Below are positions 58,228 to 64,000 of a stretch of 64,000 nt of DNA, in pieces. Each line of letters begins with the position of its first letter. Position 1 is the first letter of the stretch. The DNA comes from Candidatus Omnitrophota bacterium (GTDB lineage: Bacteria; Omnitrophota; Gorgyraeia; Aquiviventales; Aquiviventaceae). The notes under the pieces are model-generated. The model saw nothing but the letters and a program-made list of their open reading frames with translations. It made no database searches and was not told where the DNA came from. Made by a program: the position numbers and the translations under genes. The stretch lies in the NCBI GenBank assembly GCA_023247255.1, contig JAHFGV010000002.1, positions 33,835 to 97,834 of the forward strand. The letters are read 5' to 3'.

Positions 58228-58265
58228 GCAGTAAGCAGCAATAGTAAACAGTAACAGGTGAAACG

Positions 58266-58511
58266 ATGGCGCATAAAGCAGGTGCTGGGTCGACAAAGAA
58301 TGGACGTGATAGCTGTGGAAAACGGCTGGGTGTGAAGTGCTACGCAGGACAGAAGGTTTCAGCAGGATCAATCCTCGTGCGGCAACGGGGAACACCGTTT
58401 AAACCAGGATGGTTCGTCGGAACTGGAAGCGATTGGACCCTCTATGCCGAGATTGATGGAATTGTCCGCTTTCCAAAACCTCGCGTGGTCAGTGTGGAGC
58501 CCCAGGGGTAG
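58266..58511 (+). CDS. rpmA: 50S ribosomal protein L27
   Basis: [30 protein letters not shown]. Confidence 0.96.
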   Translation: MAHKAGAGSTKNGRDSCGKRLGVKCYAGQKVSAGSILVRQRGTPFKPGWFVGTGSDWTLYAEIDGIVRFPKPRVVSVEPQG

Positions 58512-58904
58512 AGCCCGTGGCACTAGTAACTTCTCCCTTGCCAAGGCATCATGAAACTACCTTTGAATTTCCGATTTTCGATTTTGGATTGTCGATTGAA
58601 AGACCTCTGTTTAATCGAAAATCGACAATCGTCAATCGACAATTCCTTGAGCCCTCTTGTAGTGAAGGCCGTGGCGCAATGGTGGGGTTGAGCCAGCCCC
58701 TACCAGTGGCTAAGGGTTCGTTAAGAAATAACTGCATCCATTTGACCAGGGGCTTTTGACCCATGGCTGCCTTGCTCATCGTTTACATCCTCATCAAGGA
58801 TGGAAGCGTATCCATTCGATACTGAAAGCTCAGTAGGCCCAGCGCAGGGCACGGGAGATTCTGGAACGCACTCTTAGCCACTGGGTCACGTGACCACTCT
58901 TTTG

Positions 58905-59894
58905 ATGTGGTTTGTCGACCAGGCCCAGATTACTGTGAAAGCTGGCGATGGCGGACGGGGATGTTCCGCTCTTGCCCAGCCCCCTTATACGCGTTATCCC
59001 TTTCCTGACGGCGGCGACGGGGGTGATGGTGGAGACGTCACCCTACTTACCGACCCCAACCTTGCAACCCTTCTGGATTTCCATTTTCGCCACGAATTTG
59101 CCGCCCAGCGAGGGACCCATGGCGGCAGCAATCGAAAAACCGGAAAGCGCGGGCAGGACTGTTTGATTCGCTTGCCAGTGGGCACGGTCATTCGTGATGC
59201 AGAGAAGGGGAACATTCTCCAGGACATGAGCCGGCCTGCAGAAAAGGTACTGATTGCCAAAGGTGGGCGGGGAGGATTGGGGAACGCCACGGCTAAAGAA
59301 GCCACAGACGGGCGAAGGGGACAAATCCGCCAGTTGATTTTAGAACTGAAACTGATTGCGGATGTGGGGATTGTGGGTTTTCCCAACGCCGGCAAGTCTT
59401 CACTGCTGTGCCGGATTTCAACGGCTCGACCCGCCATTGGGGCCTATCCGTTTACGACCCGTTTTCCGGTCTTGGGCGTTGTTCGGATGGATGCGGAGCG
59501 TTCCTTTGTGGTCTGTGACATCCCTGGGTTGATCGAAGGGGCTCATCAGGGTCGTGGGTTGGGGATTGAATTTCTGCGGCATATCGAGCGGACGCGCCTT
59601 TTGATCCATCTTGTGGATATGGCCGCAGTGGATCAACGAGATCCGGTGGATGCCTATGCGCATATCAACCAAGAACTGATCGCTTATGGGCAGGGGGTGG
59701 CGTCGAAACCTCAGGTAGTGGTGGCGAATAAAATAGATCTGCCAGAGGCTCAGGCGAATCTCGGACGATTTTCCCAAGCGTACGGTCATCTGAAAGTTTG
59801 GCCGATTTCCTGCGTAACCGCTCAGGGTATTGCTGAGATGCTCCAGGGGCTATGGCAGGCTCTGAGTATGACGAAACCTTCCGCGAATGTCTGA
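58905..59894 (+). CDS. obgE: GTPase ObgE/CgtA
   Basis: FVDQ..I.VKAGDGG, ELKLIADVGIVGFPNAGKSS, YPFTT, DIPGLIEGA, NKID. Confidence 0.95.
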   Translation: MWFVDQAQITVKAGDGGRGCSALAQPPYTRYPFPDGGDGGDGGDVTLLTDPNLATLLDFHFRHEFAAQRGTHGGSNRKTGKRGQDCLIRLPVGTVIRDAEKGNILQDMSRPAEKVLIAKGGRGGLGNATAKEATDGRRGQIRQLILELKLIADVGIVGFPNAGKSSLLCRISTARPAIGAYPFTTRFPVLGVVRMDAERSFVVCDIPGLIEGAHQGRGLGIEFLRHIERTRLLIHLVDMAAVDQRDPVDAYAHINQELIAYGQGVASKPQVVVANKIDLPEAQANLGRFSQAYGHLKVWPISCVTAQGIAEMLQGLWQALSMTKPSANV

Positions 59895-61002
59895 GCCGAA
59901 ATTCCATCTCTCACGTGTGGTAGTCAAAATTGGCTCCAGCGTCTTGACGGATGCCGCCGGACGATTGTTGCTCGAGCGTTTCAAATCGATTGTCAAGCAG
60001 GTAGCCGCTTGTGTTCCGGATGCTCCTCAAACCATCCTGGTTTCATCAGGGGCCATTGCCTGCGGCATGGCGATTCTGGGCCTTTCCAGCCGTCCGAAAG
60101 CGCTCGCCCAGCTTCAGGCCTGCGCGGCGGTTGGCCAAGGCCATTTGATGCAGTGCTATACAAAAGCGTTTGGGCAATACGGTATGACCCCCGCCCAGGT
60201 TTTGCTGACGCAGGAGGATTTGGCCGATCGGGGACGATTCCGGAACGCTAAACAAACGCTCCTGACCTTGTTGCACCATCGGGTGGTTCCGATTGTCAAT
60301 GAAAACGACACCGTGTCCGTTGAGGAGATTACCTTTGGCGATAACGATCGGCTCGCGGCACTGTTGAGCGTAGCCGTCGATGCCCAGTTGTTAATCATCT
60401 TATCGGATGTGGATGGGTTTCTGGAAGACGGCCGTCTCATTGAGCGGATCGACACCCTTAATGAGCGTCATCATGCGGCGATTCACGGCAGAGCCAGGGC
60501 TACGACCCGAGGAGGGATGTTTTCGAAGCTGGAGGCCTCGCGCATCGCTGGGCATCATGGCATTCCCGTGGTCATCGCCAACGGCACCAAGCCCTCGGTG
60601 TTGCAGGATCTTTTGGCCGGCCGTCCCGTAGGCACTTTGCTCGTGCCTCCTCGCGAACGTCTGAGTCCTCGAAAATGGTGGATTGCGTTTTCGTTGCGTC
60701 AGCCAAAAGGGCAGTTAGTCATCGATGCTGGCGCTTCCCAAGCCTTGCTTGAGCGTGGCAAAAGCCTGCTCGCCTCCGGTATCTTGGAGGTCAAAGGGCA
60801 TTTTCAAAAAGGTTGCTGTGTCGCCATCACCGATGGCCAACACAGGCAGCTCGCGCGAGGCATCGTCAATTTTTCATCGGCGGAGCTTTTGCGGATTCGA
60901 GGATTGCGCAGTATGGACATCGCTCGGACCTTGGGGGATGCAAGCGTCAGGGAAGTCGTTCATCGCGACCAGTTGGTATTTGCTCGGGATATGCACTCAT
61001 GA
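59887..61002 (+). CDS. proB: glutamate 5-kinase
   Basis: VVKIGSSVL, VSSGAI, NENDTV, FGDNDRL, PUA domain. Confidence 0.96.
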   Translation: MSEPKFHLSRVVVKIGSSVLTDAAGRLLLERFKSIVKQVAACVPDAPQTILVSSGAIACGMAILGLSSRPKALAQLQACAAVGQGHLMQCYTKAFGQYGMTPAQVLLTQEDLADRGRFRNAKQTLLTLLHHRVVPIVNENDTVSVEEITFGDNDRLAALLSVAVDAQLLIILSDVDGFLEDGRLIERIDTLNERHHAAIHGRARATTRGGMFSKLEASRIAGHHGIPVVIANGTKPSVLQDLLAGRPVGTLLVPPRERLSPRKWWIAFSLRQPKGQLVIDAGASQALLERGKSLLASGILEVKGHFQKGCCVAITDGQHRQLARGIVNFSSAELLRIRGLRSMDIARTLGDASVREVVHRDQLVFARDMHS

Positions 61003-62285
61003 ACGCCACAGATGTATCCTCAGCGAATGCAGGGATTGAAGAGACAATCGTTGAGGTGGTGAAGAAATCCCGTGAGGCTTCGCGAGCGATTGCCTGTGCG
61101 CCGACGTCGCAGAAGAATCAGGCTTTGTCCCTGATGGCCCAGATGTTGCGCAGCCAAAATCAGCAGATCCTAAAGGCCAACGCCGAGGACGTGGCAGCGG
61201 CAAAAGCGTCCGGGCTTTCCAAAGCCTTGGTGGATCGCCTGAGTTTGACACCGCAGCGTCTGGAGGAGATGGTTCGATCCATAGAGGCGGTCATAGAGCT
61301 TTCCGATCCGGTCGGAGAATTAATCCGCAGTTGGCGGCGTCCGAATGGCCTGGAGATTCGAAAACTTCGGGTTCCATTGGGAGTGGTCGCTATCATCTAT
61401 GAATCTCGGCCCAACGTCACCAGTGACTGCGCCTCGTTATGTCTTAAAAGTGGAAATGCCGTGGTTCTACGCGGGGGCTCCGAGTCGTTTCGATCCAATC
61501 AGGCTATCGGCAGCGTCCTGAAAGAGGCCCTACGTGCGGCGAAACTTCCGGAAGCCACAGTGAGTCTGATCCCGACCGCAGATCGAAGGGGTGTGGACAT
61601 CATGCTGCAACTGGATGCATACATCGATGTCGTGATCCCTCGGGCAGGGGAGGATCTGATTCGCAAAATCACGAGCTCCTCCCGGATTCCTGTCATCAAA
61701 CACGCCAAGGGGATCTGTCATGTCTACGTGGATGCGGACGCGGATTTAGAAATGGCCAAGCGGATCGTGCATAATGCCAAGTGTCAACGGCCCGCTACCT
61801 GCAATGCGATGGAGACCCTTTTAGTGCACAAGAAAATCGCCCAACGTTTCCTGCCGGAGATGATTCGTCAACTGCGAGATTCAGGGGTTGAAATCCGTGG
61901 CTGTCCCCAGACTCAGGCAATGGCTGGCGGGATTATCGAGGCTACCGAACAGGATTGGCAGACCGAGTATCTCGATTTGATTGTGTCGGTAAAAATCGTC
62001 GAATCCCTACAGGAGGCGATTGCGCATATCGGACGATACGGATCGGCACATTCCGATGCCATCGTCACTCAAAATGAACAAACGGCGAACCGTTTCCTCA
62101 AAGAAGTAGACTCGGCGGCTGTTTACGTCAATGCCTCGACACGATTCACCGATGGATTTCAGTTCGGCCTTGGGGCGGAAATCGGCATCAGTACCGACCG
62201 GCTGCACGCCCGTGGGCCGATGGGGCTTGAGGAGCTCACTACCTACAAATACGTTGTGATTGGAAGCGGCCAGTTGAGGGAATGA
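60999..62285 (+). CDS. proA: gamma-glutamyl phosphate reductase
   Basis: VPLGVVAIIYESRPNVT, CNAMETLLVH, NASTRFTDG, LHARGPMGL. Confidence 0.96.
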   Translation: MNATDVSSANAGIEETIVEVVKKSREASRAIACAPTSQKNQALSLMAQMLRSQNQQILKANAEDVAAAKASGLSKALVDRLSLTPQRLEEMVRSIEAVIELSDPVGELIRSWRRPNGLEIRKLRVPLGVVAIIYESRPNVTSDCASLCLKSGNAVVLRGGSESFRSNQAIGSVLKEALRAAKLPEATVSLIPTADRRGVDIMLQLDAYIDVVIPRAGEDLIRKITSSSRIPVIKHAKGICHVYVDADADLEMAKRIVHNAKCQRPATCNAMETLLVHKKIAQRFLPEMIRQLRDSGVEIRGCPQTQAMAGGIIEATEQDWQTEYLDLIVSVKIVESLQEAIAHIGRYGSAHSDAIVTQNEQTANRFLKEVDSAAVYVNASTRFTDGFQFGLGAEIGISTDRLHARGPMGLEELTTYKYVVIGSGQLRE

Positions 62286-62399
62286 GTACTCCTGTGTCAA
62301 GACCCACTTGCATTGATGCTGGAAGCTGAGCATGTGAGTGAAGGTATGCGTCGAGCAATACCCTCAAGATTCTGGAATAATTTCTAGAGCTTGGTGATG

Positions 62400-62621
62400 A
62401 CTGAGGTTTTGCAAAATGCATCGAGATTAGTGGCAGCGCTCACGTCTGTGTCATGAGTCATGGAAAGCAAAAGGCGTACTTTGGCCGTGCTTGAGATGCC
62501 TGTTTATTTTCTGCTTTTTCATGACAGATGACTCATGAAACATGACACAATCCTCATTACTTCTCTTGGAATAGGACACAACACTCGGTCAACGCGTTGG
62601 CTATTTTTGCAAGAGCCCAGT
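62400..62621. mobile_element. family A element copy 2
   Basis: Arms are the reverse complement of 863-1067. Confidence 0.75.
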
Positions 62622-62622
62622 G

Positions 62623-63213
62623 ATGAGTATTAAGGTGATAATTCGGCTCGGTATCTTTGGGGGAACGTTCAATCCCATTCACTGGGGCCATCTGCTGTTG
62701 GCGGAGACGGCGCGTGAAGCCTACACTCTGGACCGGGTCCTGTTTGTTCCCACGTGGCAACCCCCACACAAAACCTCACGAGGACTCTTGCCAGGGTCGG
62801 TTCGATTTAAGCTGGTGGAGTTGGCGATCCACGATCATCCGAGTTTTGTGGCTTCAGACATTGAGCTGAAACGAGGAGGAACTTCCTATACCATTGATAC
62901 GGTCAAGACACTCAAGAAACAATTGCCGAATGCTCAGTTGTTCCTATTAGTGGGGCAAGACCTGTTGGGGGTTCGGTGGTTGGCGTGGGAAGAGATCAAG
63001 CGTTTGTGCACGGTGGTGGTCGCTCATCGGCCAGGATTTCAAAATCCCAAACGCCCCTCCAAGGTTAAATGGCTCCAGATGCCTCCGGTTGCCATTACCT
63101 CTTCCGAGATTCGCAAGCGGGTCCAAGCCGGACGTTCGATTCGTTACCTTGTGCCAACGACCGTAGAGCGTTATATCCAGCAGCATCAGCTCTACCAACA
63201 GGGCAGGGGATGA
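62623..63213 (+). CDS. nadD: nicotinate-nucleotide adenylyltransferase
   Basis: GIFGGTFNPIHWGH, PPHK, SYTIDT, ITSSEIR. Confidence 0.96.
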   Translation: MSIKVIIRLGIFGGTFNPIHWGHLLLAETAREAYTLDRVLFVPTWQPPHKTSRGLLPGSVRFKLVELAIHDHPSFVASDIELKRGGTSYTIDTVKTLKKQLPNAQLFLLVGQDLLGVRWLAWEEIKRLCTVVVAHRPGFQNPKRPSKVKWLQMPPVAITSSEIRKRVQAGRSIRYLVPTTVERYIQQHQLYQQGRG

Positions 63214-63292
63214 TCCCACCTTTCGAATTTTCGATTGTGGATTGTCGATTGTGGATTGTCCGTTCGATCAATCCGCATTCCACGGTGGTGGG

Positions 63293-64000
63293 ATGATTCA
63301 TTCTTACCTTCGTAACGTCGATGGGACGATTGAAAAGGACGTTTCGACAGGGCGCTTTCGGCAGGTCCTGGCTAGTAATAATGAAGAATGCCTGCTCTGG
63401 GTGGATATCGAAGGGCCGGAGGATGATGAGATTGAGCTGTTGCTGGAAGTTTTTGGGCTGCATCCCCTCACGGTCGAAGACTGCATTATGCCCAATGTCC
63501 GACCCAAGCTGGAGGAATTTGAACATTATCTTTTCGTGACGCTTCAAGGATTGGCTCGTTCCGAGTCAGGGGGTCTGCGGGCGGTTGAATTGGACGTTTG
63601 CCTTGGAAAGAACTTTCTCATCACGATTCGCAGCGAGTCGATCCGGAGCATCGAAGAAGATCGTGCCCGAGTAGAACGTAAATCCCCGATCTTTTTTCGG
63701 GGAACTGATTTTCTTTTCTACGCGATCGTCGATTCGTTGATTGACAGTTATTTTCCGATCTTAGATGAGGTGGAATCCCGTGTCGATGAATTGGCCAGCA
63801 AGCTTCTGTCGGATTCCACCCAGGGTACGGTGCGTGAGTTTTTCAGCGTCTATCATGAGCTGGTGTTGCTTCGTAGAACCTTGGCTCCTCACCGGGACAT
63901 CCTGAGCCGATTCAATCGGGGGCAACTGTCATTCATCCAACCGGCGAACGCCATCTATTTTCGAGACATCTATGACCATCTATTGCGGATGAGCGATCTG
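63293..64000 (+). CDS. corA: magnesium/cobalt transporter CorA (3' truncated by window)
   Basis: LWVDIEGP, FGLHPLTVEDC, RPKLEEF, YAIVDSLIDSYFP, YFRDIYDHL. Confidence 0.92.
   Translation, partial: MIHSYLRNVDGTIEKDVSTGRFRQVLASNNEECLLWVDIEGPEDDEIELLLEVFGLHPLTVEDCIMPNVRPKLEEFEHYLFVTLQGLARSESGGLRAVELDVCLGKNFLITIRSESIRSIEEDRARVERKSPIFFRGTDFLFYAIVDSLIDSYFPILDEVESRVDELASKLLSDSTQGTVREFFSVYHELVLLRRTLAPHRDILSRFNRGQLSFIQPANAIYFRDIYDHLLRMSDL

Overview
Bacterial chromosomal window in which nearly every gene is on the + strand. The lineage cannot be verified here; PVC-like/Omnitrophota-like is a guess from gene content. 1-31 kb is housekeeping: ftsH end, folP-pdxJ-acpS-nnrD, tRNA-Thr/Tyr/Gly, rplM-rpsI, a long argCJBDFGH-lysA-dapFABL-folK-panCD-nadX cluster, uvrA, TPR-ExbB-ExbD and cutA. 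31-51.4 kb is a type IV pilus/T2SS-like locus. It starts with an atypical c-di-GMP-I riboswitch and contains minor pilins, two modular TYYPSP adhesin-like proteins with tailspike-type chaperone C-termini, a Cys-rich secreted protein, pilMN-O-P-Q-B-C and five tandem pilin paralogs. 51.9-64 kb holds tRNA-Ala(CGC), a broken relBE, rsmE, a GT-C-like membrane protein, rng, rplU-rpmA-obgE-proBA-nadD and corA. Intergenic DNA is a mosaic of nested palindromic MITE/REP-like modules and 7-8 bp tandem repeats. Three observations stand out. (1) About 150-bp elements follow tRNAs, duplicate the tRNA 3' end from the same T-loop position, and each carries an antisense copy of its own tRNA T-arm between conserved motifs. 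(2) The duplicated adhesin cassette heads each contain an antisense sigma70 promoter pointing at a different, inactivated toxin-like cargo. (3) The riboswitch has a 52-nt insertion and a duplicated 3' strand.
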